Shown piece by piece: positions 1 through 9,003 of a stretch of DNA of 64,000 nucleotides. A program made the translations under genes and the position numbers. The notes beneath the pieces were generated by a model, which worked only from the letters and a program-made list of their open reading frames with translations, made no database searches and had not been told where the DNA came from. Each line of letters starts with the position of its first letter. The first letter of the stretch is position 1. Source of the DNA: an uncultured Candidatus Saccharibacteria bacterium (lineage in GTDB: Bacteria > Patescibacteriota > SOKK01); assembly GCA_964518965.1 (NCBI GenBank), contig CAZFJP010000003.1:25508-89507 (forward strand). Reading direction: 5' to 3'.

Positions 1-1358
1 CAACTTTAGCTCTTGATCCCGCCGCTAAAACTGTTAAAATTGGCGAAACCATCAGTTCCAAAGTGTTATTAAACACTGCTGGTCAGAATATCAGCAGCGT
101 GGAATTAAAAATCAATTATGATGCGGCAGCATTCTCGGTAACTGTTGATGACACTGGTTCTAAGTTCACTACTTTTGCGGAAAAAACTGCTAGTGGTGGT
201 GTTGCCAGAATTACTGCTGGTGCTAATCCTTATGTAAAGAGTGACAGTGCTTTGGTCGCTACTTTGAAATTAAAGGCGGTCAAGAATACTACTCCTGCCG
301 GTAACAATATTACTTTTGATTCTAGTTGTAAGATTTACAAACCAGGTCAATCTGCAGGTAGCAAAGTTGATATCTTCAAAGCAGGTTATGGCGCAAAATA
401 CACTGTTACCTCAACTGGTACTCAAGAAGGAAAAGGTCAATTAATCCTTTCTCCCGCAACCGCAAACCATAAGGTGAATGAAACTTTTCCGGTGAAGATT
501 TTAGTTAATACTGGTGGAGAAGAATGTAGCAGTGTTGCTGCTTACGTTGGTTTCAGTGATGAATATTTTGACGTGACGATTGATAAAGCAGGTTCTGATT
601 TCAGTACTTTTGCTCAAGCAGAAGTAAAAAATGGTACTGTCTCGATTAATGCTGGTGCTTCTACTCCCAAGAGTGGTAGCGACTTGCTCTTAGCTACGCT
701 AAAGTTGAAAGGTGTTAAAGAGACACTCTTAACTACGGCTAGAAGTGCTCAAGAAACTGGTAGTTTTATCTTTGATGAAACCAAGTCCAAGGTTTACAAG
801 TATGTTCAGGGCAGTCAACCGATTAATATTTTAGATTCGGTTACTAATGGTCAGTATGATATTACCACTACTGGTGGCGGTGGAACCTCTTTGCTTCCTC
901 CAACTGATTTAAAGGGTAAAGCTGGCAATACCATTATTGACTGGAGCTGGAAGCCAAACCCGAGTGGTCAGGCAGTTAAGGGTTATCGCATTTATGTGAG
1001 TACTGTTTCGGGGCATTATAGTGATGACGCAGTTGTAGTCACTGACGCTGTAAACGGCGCTGATGTTAAGGATGCTTTGAAATATCGTTCTACCAGTTTG
1101 ACTAACGGTAAAACTTACTATGCAATTACAAGGGCTTATGATGAAAAAGGTCGCTTAAGTGCTCCTTCTAATGAAGCAAAAGCAACTCCTACCGGCGGCG
1201 GGGGTGTTGAGAAACCAACTGAGCCAAGTACTGGTGGAATCTTTGAAATGCCGACCAGTTTAATTGCTACTGGTTTAGTCATTGGCACTGCGGTTTTGAT
1301 TGCGTTGGGTGTATCTATCTTAATCTGGATTTTTGCTCGTAAAAGAAAGAAACTCTAA
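1..1358 (+). CDS. Surface protein with two cohesin-like domains, FN3 domain and C-terminal membrane anchor (5' truncated by window)
   Basis: Frame is open from the window start. Two repeats of V(L/I)xNTxG..(I/C)SSV...YD/FS....LxATLKLK(A/G)VK..FD, an FN3 motif (PPTDL..W.W..GYRIY..LTNGKTYY..AYD..SAPS), then EPSTG, a hydrophobic helix and RKRKKL. Confidence 0.75.
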   Translation, partial: TLALDPAAKTVKIGETISSKVLLNTAGQNISSVELKINYDAAAFSVTVDDTGSKFTTFAEKTASGGVARITAGANPYVKSDSALVATLKLKAVKNTTPAGNNITFDSSCKIYKPGQSAGSKVDIFKAGYGAKYTVTSTGTQEGKGQLILSPATANHKVNETFPVKILVNTGGEECSSVAAYVGFSDEYFDVTIDKAGSDFSTFAQAEVKNGTVSINAGASTPKSGSDLLLATLKLKGVKETLLTTARSAQETGSFIFDETKSKVYKYVQGSQPINILDSVTNGQYDITTTGGGGTSLLPPTDLKGKAGNTIIDWSWKPNPSGQAVKGYRIYVSTVSGHYSDDAVVVTDAVNGADVKDALKYRSTSLTNGKTYYAITRAYDEKGRLSAPSNEAKATPTGGGGVEKPTEPSTGGIFEMPTSLIATGLVIGTAVLIALGVSILIWIFARKRKKL

Positions 1359-1491
1359 ATTCTAGAGTTTCTGAATACTTTCAAGAGGGGAAGTGGGGGG
1401 GTATTCCCCACCTCGCCAAAAACGAACTTTGACTCGTTGAGGCAGGATCAATCACTTTCCCTCTTTTTGTTTCTTTTGTTAGAACGACAGA

Positions 1492-3159
1492 ATGATGTGT
1501 AAAAATATGAAATTTGGGCAAATAATTATCTTAGGAATAATTTTCTTGATTTTAATTAGCGGCCTTTCGTTTTATTATTTTGTGATTTATCGTGCTAGGG
1601 CAGCTGAGAAGGTTACGGTTACTTTTGATTTGAATCAAAAAGAGTTCTGGTCTTCGCATGCTCAGCAAAAATACAACTATCTGCAGAAATTAGATCAGCA
1701 GAAAATTTATCCGGAGATTACTAAAGCGGTTCGGACAAAGATTGATCGTCTTTGGCAAGAAAAATTAATTAATGATAAACCAGGTAAAGAATTTTCTCAT
1801 CCGCTCAAGAAGGAAATGAAAGCGTATGTCACCGCGAAAGATATGGATTATCGGGATCGTTATATACCCGCGGATGCTTTTTCTGCGACTATTGATCAAC
1901 TTCTGGCGGTAAAGAAGATTGATAAATTTCCTGGTGACGAAGACGATTTTAAACAATATGGTGATAAAGGCAAAGAGAAAGCTGCGGAGGTTAAAAAGGA
2001 TACTTTTGAAATGGTGAGTCATCGTACTTTTAAGAAGCGAGAATGGACTTATAATCCTGCCCAACAAATTGCTAGCCAGGTACGAAATACCTACTGGAGT
2101 GGTAGTGCGCCTGCGGGGAAAGCAATAAATGCCTACACACAAGCGAATAATCTTATTTCCGGAGGTCTTATGACTGCTGCTACTGGTTTGTTTTCCCCTG
2201 CTTTCTTTATGGGGCAGGCAGGACAGTTTATTGATGCCATTATTAAGTATCTTACTGCACCCACCCAAGATTGTGAACTAACGATTTGGCGCATGTGCGC
2301 TTTAACTACTCTTAAAAATGATCTTCATGTTAAGGTAACTGGTTTAGATTCTTCCGGTCAATGGATTTTCGCTGGTAGTCTCTATGATCAAAATAAATTC
2401 CAAGGTCAGAATCGCATGTTTATTCCCAAAGCAGGAAATCCGCTTCAGGATTTAAACTTATCTTACACTGTTCCGGGTCGTAACTATGCAGTGAAATGGA
2501 ATGGTGAGCATCTCAAGGAAGGTAGCAGGAATATTGAAGAAGTTTTTGTTCCTGGTTTTACCGATCGTCAAATTGATTTGAATTCAATCAGAGTGAATGG
2601 CAAGTTGCTGAAAGATTCTGGCTTTGATGCTGAGATAGTTTTGGCTACTAATCATGTCGGCAATGGCCCTCAAAATGGTGGTGTAATTGCTTCTTCTCCT
2701 GCTCAGTGGAAATACGAATATAGCGCGGCTAATAAAAAATATTATGGCGCTTGGTTGAGTAAGGAAGTAAATGTTTGGATCAGGATAAAGAGGGGTAATT
2801 CTACTCTTTCCGTTGATAATTATATTGCTAAGGAAGCGGATTTTGATCGTAATGGGAAGGTAGATTATCTTGATTTGAAGCGTTGGATGTTGATGCGTGA
2901 TAATTTTGCGGAAGAAGAGAATAACAAAATTACTGATTTGAACCGCGGTGCTGATTTTAATCGGGATAATAAAATTGATGATGCAGATCTACGTTTATTA
3001 ATGAAAGTTTGGGGAAGTAAAAGTGGCGCAGTAACAGGGCCGGGATCTGGTTCGCAAAGTACTCCAAGTACTCCCGGTGGACAATCGGTACCGGTCTCTC
3101 CCGGCAAAGCAACATCTCCCTCACAAAATAATTCTTTTAAAACATTGCCTAGTCTTTAA
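1492..3159 (+). CDS. Secreted/membrane-anchored protein with C-terminal dockerin-like double Ca-binding loop
   Basis: N-terminal TM helix; paired motifs DFDRNGKVDYLDL and DFNRDNKIDDADL; low-complexity S/P/G tail. Confidence 0.7.
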   Translation: MMCKNMKFGQIIILGIIFLILISGLSFYYFVIYRARAAEKVTVTFDLNQKEFWSSHAQQKYNYLQKLDQQKIYPEITKAVRTKIDRLWQEKLINDKPGKEFSHPLKKEMKAYVTAKDMDYRDRYIPADAFSATIDQLLAVKKIDKFPGDEDDFKQYGDKGKEKAAEVKKDTFEMVSHRTFKKREWTYNPAQQIASQVRNTYWSGSAPAGKAINAYTQANNLISGGLMTAATGLFSPAFFMGQAGQFIDAIIKYLTAPTQDCELTIWRMCALTTLKNDLHVKVTGLDSSGQWIFAGSLYDQNKFQGQNRMFIPKAGNPLQDLNLSYTVPGRNYAVKWNGEHLKEGSRNIEEVFVPGFTDRQIDLNSIRVNGKLLKDSGFDAEIVLATNHVGNGPQNGGVIASSPAQWKYEYSAANKKYYGAWLSKEVNVWIRIKRGNSTLSVDNYIAKEADFDRNGKVDYLDLKRWMLMRDNFAEEENNKITDLNRGADFNRDNKIDDADLRLLMKVWGSKSGAVTGPGSGSQSTPSTPGGQSVPVSPGKATSPSQNNSFKTLPSL

Positions 3160-3180
3160 TTTTTCTTAATCAAGACAAAA

Positions 3181-4131
3181 ATGAAAACTAAGAAAAGAAC
3201 GTGCAAAAGCATAAAGAAAAAGAATTTCCTTCTTCTGGTTATCGCCGGCTTGGTCCTAATTGTACTGGGAGGAAGTTTATTTTTCTTTATTAATCGTCAA
3301 ACTAAAGCCGCGACGTACAATCGTGAGTCCACTTATGATAATTACAGCTTTGCGGTAAACTGGAGCAAGAAAACTGGTCAGGCATTAGATAAGGGAGATA
3401 GTTGTTTCTTTATGGGTTTGCAGGCAATGAATTTTTGTCTCCGCGGTCAATTTAGTAAAGCTCGTGATTTATATTTGAAGTGCAAAGAGATTGATTTTTA
3501 TCGTCATCCGGATATCTATAAAGAGGCCCAAGGAAAGCCGGTTACTTATAATGGTACTTCCTTTGACATGATGGTAATTTGGGATTATGTCTGTACGAAG
3601 TGGCCACAGGTTGGTGCTCGCCCTAGTTTTCATACCCGTCAAAGTGCTTTCTGGGATGGTCGTTATCGCGCCAATTGGATGTTCAGTGCCGCGACAGTCA
3701 AGCCGCAAATTGACTATGCGATGGATCATCCCTATTTAGGCGATGACTTTTTCCGCAATCATCTTTTGATGCTGAAAATCGGCACCTCTCTTGCTTTAAA
3801 GGAAGATGCTTCTTTGAGAGCTAAGGCAGGTGATTATTTGAAGTTTTTGGAAGAGAAAACCAAAGTGAACGGAAAAGTGATTCCCAACTTATTCTTCCGT
3901 TATATTCTTGGCGTTTCGATCACAACTAATAATATTAATACTTGTTACAATTACTGGTTCCCTCAAGGTTACACTGGCAATTCTGTTTGCGAATGGATTT
4001 TTCAAAGAGATCCTAAAGTAATTGATCTCTATCGCAGTCGCAATGCCGATACCCAGTTTCATTTTGAGAAAGTGGATGGTAAGAAATTAACATTAAGTGA
4101 GCAGTTTATTAATTATTTGAGAAAAAAATAA
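3181..4131 (+). CDS. Hypothetical exported protein
   Basis: 316-aa ORF with basic N-terminus, TM helix and TKAA motif, co-oriented in the surface-protein cluster. Confidence 0.7.
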   Translation: MKTKKRTCKSIKKKNFLLLVIAGLVLIVLGGSLFFFINRQTKAATYNRESTYDNYSFAVNWSKKTGQALDKGDSCFFMGLQAMNFCLRGQFSKARDLYLKCKEIDFYRHPDIYKEAQGKPVTYNGTSFDMMVIWDYVCTKWPQVGARPSFHTRQSAFWDGRYRANWMFSAATVKPQIDYAMDHPYLGDDFFRNHLLMLKIGTSLALKEDASLRAKAGDYLKFLEEKTKVNGKVIPNLFFRYILGVSITTNNINTCYNYWFPQGYTGNSVCEWIFQRDPKVIDLYRSRNADTQFHFEKVDGKKLTLSEQFINYLRKK

Positions 4132-4140
4132 TTAAAATTT

Positions 4141-4578
4141 ATGGAATCTAGCCAGCGAAAGAGAATTCGCGAATTGAAAAAACGTAGAAATAATTGGAGC
4201 AAAATGCCGTTTTGGCTTGCGGGAGTAATGTTTTTATTCGGCAGTTTATGGTTTAGCTATCAGTATTTCATTACTCCGGTGACCAAAGCAGCTTCCGAAG
4301 CAAAAAAACCAAAAGATTTTAAGGTTCAGGTTGTTGATCGTAAAGTGCAGTTGAGTTGGAACACCCCACAAACTACTAAAGATTTAGTTAAATATCGCGT
4401 TGAACGTTCGCTGAATATTCCTTCTGGCGATTACTCCAAATGGGTGAAAGAAACTAATCTCACTAGTTTAGTTGATGAGTCAGTTTCACAAGGGAAAACT
4501 TATTGGTATCGTATCTTTGCAGTTTATCAAAATAAAATTTCTGATCCGGTTGGACCGATTCCAGCAATTATTGAGTAA
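4141..4578 (+). CDS. Fibronectin type III domain membrane protein
   Basis: TM helix then PKDF..V.LSW....YRVER....D..V..GKTYWYRIFAV. Confidence 0.8.
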   Translation: MESSQRKRIRELKKRRNNWSKMPFWLAGVMFLFGSLWFSYQYFITPVTKAASEAKKPKDFKVQVVDRKVQLSWNTPQTTKDLVKYRVERSLNIPSGDYSKWVKETNLTSLVDESVSQGKTYWYRIFAVYQNKISDPVGPIPAIIE

Positions 4579-4597
4579 TTAAATTTTAAGATCAAAT

Positions 4598-4963
4598 ATG
4601 CAAACAAACAATCAATCCAAATTTAAACAATTCTTAGTCAGACGCGCCAAACGCAGTTGGATTATTGCTATTGGTGTGGTAATTGCTTTAGTTGTCGGTG
4701 GTGTTTATGTTGCTCCCGACCTTGTTCGTCGCGTGAAACAAAGTTTTGCTGCGGAAAAGAATATCCAGCACACGGACTGGAGCGGTGGACCAAGAACTGC
4801 CGGTGAATCTTTAATTATCACTGATCCCTACACTAACAAATACGATACTAGCTATAACATTGATACTACTAGTGGCAAGGAGGGAATCAAACTAAAAACC
4901 TTGGATCAAAGAGGCAATACTGGCGATACTAGTAATCGGTTGCAACTTCCTCCTATAGATTAA
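4598..4963 (+). CDS. Small exported protein with TDWSGG motif
   Basis: TM helix then QHTDWSGG, similar to QESWSGG of the next gene. Confidence 0.65.
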   Translation: MQTNNQSKFKQFLVRRAKRSWIIAIGVVIALVVGGVYVAPDLVRRVKQSFAAEKNIQHTDWSGGPRTAGESLIITDPYTNKYDTSYNIDTTSGKEGIKLKTLDQRGNTGDTSNRLQLPPID

Positions 4964-4979
4964 TTCTTTCTTATTATTT

Positions 4980-7085
4980 ATGGCGAAGAGATTGCGTTTA
5001 AACACAACTTTTTGGGTAGGGGCAGTGCTTTGTGTTTTAGGGGTCGGAGTGCTGTTGTTTTTGTTTTCCCAGCGACCGAAGGAGACCAAGGCTTCACAGG
5101 CAACGTGGTTGCAAGAGAGCTGGTCGGGGGGAGGGAACAGTCCATTCTTCCGTGAGGAGAGTAAGGACAAGTACTGGACTAAGGATGATACTGTGGATGA
5201 TCGCGAGGGCATTACACTTAAATTTAAGAAACATCAATCGAAGGAATCTTCTAACTCTCCTAACAAACCTGCAGGTAAAGAGAATGAGAGTGGCAGTGGG
5301 GCGGAGAATGGAGGAGATCGGGATGGCACTCAAACCGAACGGTTAGTTAAAGGATCGCTAATTTCATCGGTACTAGATTCTCAAAGGCTGGTTTCAGTTT
5401 TAAATGGAAGAATGGAAGGTAGTTTCAGTTCCGCGGCGGGAAACGGAGCTCATCTTTATCTTCAGAGTGGAGATTTAAGTAAGGAAACAACAAAAGAAGG
5501 TGAGATTAATATTAGTGATATCAGGTGGGGTAAGTGGGTGAGTGTTAAAGAGGTAGCAAAAGGTTCGCTCACTGGTCGCTTCCTTCGCTATCGGGTTGAT
5601 TTGGAAATGATTAGAGGGAGTGAGAACTCTCCGCGAGTTACCCGGGTTATTGTTAGTTATAAACTCTTTTCCCAGACCAAGATAGAAATTGATCCAGCGC
5701 AGTCACAAGTTACTGCGGAGAGTCCGGTGTTGATAGGTACTTCTAGTAATATTGTCATTCAACTAAAGAATGGGTCAGGTGAAGTTGTGGTAGTGCCAGA
5801 AGAGTGGTTAGAGGTGGAAGTTTCGGGATTAAGTGGTTGTCGAGTTACTCAGCTGCGCTTGGGGGCGGACCAAGGTGTTGAGAAGAAGAGCAACTCGATT
5901 TATAAGGCAAGTGTAGTTTCTAAAATCCCGGGAGTGGCAAAGATTCAAGTGATAGTTACTTCTGGTGGAAAGGGAACTGGTAGTTCCTTGAGGACTTCTC
6001 TTGAGGAAAGTGGAGGAACTGTTGCTAATCTAAATCAGATCATTTTAAATGACCAGCCGAAAATTGAGTTTGTTGACCATACAAAAGGTGATCAATATGT
6101 TAGTGAGGGATACATCAGCTCCTTAATCTTTGATGCAGGGAGTGAGGTAAAATGGAGCAAGCTTAATTACGAAGCTAATTCTCCTGAAGGGACGGCAGTT
6201 GAAGTGGGGGTAAGAGTGGGTAATGATCCAAATACTTTAGGAAAATTTCAAAAGGTCAGTGCGGGCCATCATCTTGGTCTGCGAGGGCGCTACTTTCAAT
6301 ATCATGTCACTCTCACTACAAGGAACAATTCAGTAACCCCGGTTTTTAAGAAAATTATTGTTTCCTACAGTTCTTTAAGGAAGGGAGGAAAGGAAATTCC
6401 TACTCCTTTGAACCAACAATATAATAGCAGTAGTGTTGATCCCGCTCGATCTCGTGTGACTGCAACTACTCCTCACCGTGCAGGAATTGAACGCAGTCAG
6501 GTAATCATTACTTTGAAGGATAATAACAATGTTCCAATTAAGGATTTTCCTGCGGCACGTTTTGTGCTAAGCACTGAACCGAAATTTGGTACGATTTTCT
6601 ATGACCAAGCAAAGCGAACTGATAGTGATGGCAGGATTATTTATCAATGTACTTCTACCACTGTTTCCCGTAAAGTTTTAACAGTCAAAATTAAAGATGA
6701 ATTAGGAAAGGAAATTTTAACTTTGCATGATCATCCCATAATTGATTTTGTAGATGTTAATGATAAGGATGTTTATCTAAAGAGTGGCGAGTTGAATTCA
6801 CTGATCTATGATGCAGGAGGTATCGTCGGCTGGAACAAGATTAGCTGGATCGCGGATGTACCCAAGGGAACGACAATGAGGGTAATGGTTCTCTTTGGAA
6901 ATGATCGTGAGTTTATTCAAAAAAATAACTGGGATTTGAGCTTGTGGAGAGAGGTAAAAAATGGTCAGAATCTACGTTTAAAGGCAAGATATTTTCAATA
7001 CAAGATCTTGTTTAATAATGATAATCCTTATTTGACACCGGTATTAAAAGAAATTAAGGTGAATTACCAGAACTTGGAGAGCTAA
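4980..7085 (+). CDS. Large exported protein with three repeated beta-sandwich domains alternating with two invasin/Big-1-like Ig domains
   Basis: Three copies of GxxxSxxxD...W...G(R)YFQYxV...P and two copies of DPAxSxVTA..P...S.(I/V)xIxLK. Confidence 0.7.
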   Translation: MAKRLRLNTTFWVGAVLCVLGVGVLLFLFSQRPKETKASQATWLQESWSGGGNSPFFREESKDKYWTKDDTVDDREGITLKFKKHQSKESSNSPNKPAGKENESGSGAENGGDRDGTQTERLVKGSLISSVLDSQRLVSVLNGRMEGSFSSAAGNGAHLYLQSGDLSKETTKEGEINISDIRWGKWVSVKEVAKGSLTGRFLRYRVDLEMIRGSENSPRVTRVIVSYKLFSQTKIEIDPAQSQVTAESPVLIGTSSNIVIQLKNGSGEVVVVPEEWLEVEVSGLSGCRVTQLRLGADQGVEKKSNSIYKASVVSKIPGVAKIQVIVTSGGKGTGSSLRTSLEESGGTVANLNQIILNDQPKIEFVDHTKGDQYVSEGYISSLIFDAGSEVKWSKLNYEANSPEGTAVEVGVRVGNDPNTLGKFQKVSAGHHLGLRGRYFQYHVTLTTRNNSVTPVFKKIIVSYSSLRKGGKEIPTPLNQQYNSSSVDPARSRVTATTPHRAGIERSQVIITLKDNNNVPIKDFPAARFVLSTEPKFGTIFYDQAKRTDSDGRIIYQCTSTTVSRKVLTVKIKDELGKEILTLHDHPIIDFVDVNDKDVYLKSGELNSLIYDAGGIVGWNKISWIADVPKGTTMRVMVLFGNDREFIQKNNWDLSLWREVKNGQNLRLKARYFQYKILFNNDNPYLTPVLKEIKVNYQNLES

Positions 7086-7110
7086 CCTTTTAAATTTGAA
7101 TTTTGTGTCT

Positions 7111-7140
7111 TAAAAAGGTGGTTCTAATCCACCTTTTTAA
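7111..7140 (+). terminator. Intrinsic terminator
   Basis: aaaaaggtgg-ttctaat-ccaccttttt after the surface cluster. Confidence 0.7.
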
Positions 7141-7231
7141 GTTTGTTGCTTAAAGGTATAATGTAAATGTAATTTGCCAAAGTAGCAGTATTATTAACTC
7201 ACTTAGTTTGTTTTTTTGTTTTGATTAACAA

Positions 7232-7313
7232 GCCGATGTGGTTTGTCTACGTTCCCTCAGAGTTTCGGCAAGGCGGACGGAATTGATCTGCCTTCGTTCA
7301 AGACTTCGGCAGA
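7232..7313 (+). pseudogene. tRNA-Leu 5' fragment interrupted by two palindromic inserts
   Basis: gccgatgtgg + insert + cggaattg + tctgccttcgttcaagacttcggcaga; acaagccgatgtgg is identical to 9211-9224. Confidence 0.55.
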
Positions 7314-7408
7314 AGTTCAGCGGGTAAATAAAACCCCACAACATTCGGTGGGGGGGAGTGTCAGATTTAGAATAGTCTTTTTTGACAAGTTAGTATTTTT
7401 TGATTGGG

Positions 7409-7496
7409 GCCGAAGTGGCGGAATTGGTAGACGCGCGGCGTTCAGAGCGCCGTCCCGCTTAGCGGGGTGGAGGTTCAAATCCTCTCTTCGGCACCA
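7409..7496 (+). tRNA. tRNA-Leu(CAG)
   Basis: GCCGAAG/CTTCGGC acceptor, anticodon arm CGGCG-TTCAGAG-CGCCG, long variable arm, CCA. Confidence 0.97.
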
Positions 7497-7609
7497 TTTT
7501 AGATGCAAAATCCAAAACGTAAAACGCAAAAGCTGTGGTATAATTTGTAGGAGAGCCTTGTTCAGAAGGTTACTTTGTGTTTTGCCTTTTGAATTTTGAG
7601 TTTAATTTT

Positions 7610-7696
7610 GGGGATGTGGCGGAATTGGTAGACGCGCAGGCTTGAGGGGCTTGTGGCCGTAAGGCCATGAGAGTTCAACTCTCTCCATCCCCACCA
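7610..7696 (+). tRNA. tRNA-Leu(GAG)
   Basis: GGGGATG/CATCCCC acceptor, CAGGC-TTGAGGG-GCTTG, long variable arm, CCA. Confidence 0.97.
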
Positions 7697-7799
7697 GTCT
7701 AAATTTCATCATTGGGATTTAATCAGAAGTTAATTAACAAGATTCTATAGACTGGATTTAAATATTTTTGATTAGTATAAATGATGAAATTTAGGCTGG
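7694..7799. repeat. ~105-nt hairpin element, copy 1 (TTTCATCA...TGATGAAA family)
   Basis: ccagtctaaatttcatcatt ... aatgatgaaatttaggctgg inverted repeat filling the Leu-Cys tRNA spacer. Confidence 0.85.
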
Positions 7800-7872
7800 C
7801 GTCGTAGCCAAGTGGTAAGGCAGCGGTTTGCAAAACCGTTATGCGCGAGTTCGAATCTCGCCGACGCCTCCA
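7798..7872 (+). tRNA. tRNA-Cys(GCA)
   Basis: GGCGTCG/CGACGCC acceptor, GCGGT-TTGCAAA-ACCGT, TTCGAAT, CCA. Confidence 0.97.
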
Positions 7873-7908
7873 AAAAGAAAGTTGGAGATTAAAAGTTAAA
7901 GGATAAAA

Positions 7909-8505
7909 GTGGAAATCATCAAGCTTCTACAGGAAAATATCCGAGAGGTTGCTTGTGAGGTTGTTTCGCGGCTGAAAGACAATCAGGTTGGAGTAATTCC
8001 AAGTGATACGAGTTATGGGATGGCAACCTTGATTCGCAGGGAGAATATTGATCACTTGTTAAAGATTAAAGGCAGATCAAGGAGGAAACCAATCTCGGTT
8101 TTTGTTTCTTCCCTTGAGTTTCTGGATGAGCTCGCGGTAGTTGATTATAATCAAAGGCAGTTTATCAAGAACCGTTTAAACAAATCACATACCTTTGTTC
8201 TGGAATTGGAATCGCAATTTAAAGATCAGTACAAGGATATTGCTCCCGACGGGAAAATTGGTATTAGGATTGTTGGTGTTCCTTTAATTCGAGAGATACT
8301 TAAAAAACTGAATGAACCAATCACTGCTACTAGTGCAAATCTCAGTAACCATACTAATTGTTACTCGCTCAAAGGATTTCTCAATCAGTTTGAAGATAAG
8401 GCAGTACAACCAGATTTCTTCATTGATGCTGGCAAACTGCCTTATTGCAGTCCTAGTACTGTGATTGATTTAACCACGAGACCCTATAGAATTATTCGCA
8501 AATAG
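7909..8505 (+). CDS. tsaC: L-threonylcarbamoyladenylate synthase (Sua5/YrdC family)
   Basis: PSDTSYG, KGRSRRKP, IGIR, TATSANLS, PSTVID motifs. Confidence 0.92.
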   Translation: MEIIKLLQENIREVACEVVSRLKDNQVGVIPSDTSYGMATLIRRENIDHLLKIKGRSRRKPISVFVSSLEFLDELAVVDYNQRQFIKNRLNKSHTFVLELESQFKDQYKDIAPDGKIGIRIVGVPLIREILKKLNEPITATSANLSNHTNCYSLKGFLNQFEDKAVQPDFFIDAGKLPYCSPSTVIDLTTRPYRIIRK

Positions 8506-8596
8506 AGTAAGTCATGCCATACGACAGAACACTCTTTGTTGGTGAATTATTGCAACAACGGATAGTTTTATCGATGTCCGATTTAGATTTAGTCAC

Positions 8597-8713
8597 GGGT
8601 TCGTAGCTCAGTTCCCGCCAGAGGCATGCTCCTGAGGCGCATTCGCCCTCTGGTGAAGGTCCGTCTTTGGCGGAGGTTACCTGCCTGCCGGCAGGCAGGG
8701 AGTGCCTCGTTTT
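8597..8713 (+). pseudogene. tRNA-Val 5' half with two palindromic inserts in the D-loop
   Basis: gggttcgtagctcagtt [8614-8674] ggtta [cctgcctgccggcaggcagg] gagtgcctcgttt matches the 5' half of the adjacent tRNA-Val once the inserts are removed. Confidence 0.85.
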
Positions 8714-8790
8714 GGGTTCGTAGCTCAGTTGGTTAGAGCGCCTCGTTTACACCGAGGAGGTCAGAGGTTCAACTCCTCTCGAACCCACCA
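8714..8790 (+). tRNA. tRNA-Val(TAC)
   Basis: GGGTTCG/CGAACCC acceptor, CCTCG-TTTACAC-CGAGG, CCA. Confidence 0.97.
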
Positions 8791-8926
8791 TGCTCTGCAG
8801 AGCAAACTTAAAAATTAGAACGTAAAAGTTAAAAGAGAAATTCCGGTTTATGCTATAATAGATACGATTTTGTGAGATATTGCTGCATTGTTTTAAGTTT
8901 TACATTTTACGTTTTAATTTTGAAAT

Positions 8927-9002
8927 GCCGAGATAGCTCAGTTGGTAGAGCACGGCTCTGAAAAAGCCGGTGTCCCCAGTTCGATCCTGGGTCTCGGCAC
9001 CA
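8927..9002 (+). tRNA. tRNA-Phe(GAA)
   Basis: GCCGAGA/TCTCGGC acceptor, CGGCT-CTGAAAA-AGCCG, CCA. Confidence 0.97.
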
Positions 9003-9003
9003 C

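Noticed and set aside
7243-7599. 118-aa ORF and similar ORFs at 7317, 12155, 57343, 57788 and 57869
   Set aside because: They overlap tRNA genes or repeat elements and have no protein motifs.
7694-7799. Integron attC interpretation of the ~105-nt hairpins (ends resemble RYYYAAC/GTTRRRY)
   Set aside because: The invariant AAC/GTT triplets are absent, copies do not separate gene cassettes, and no integron integrase is seen.
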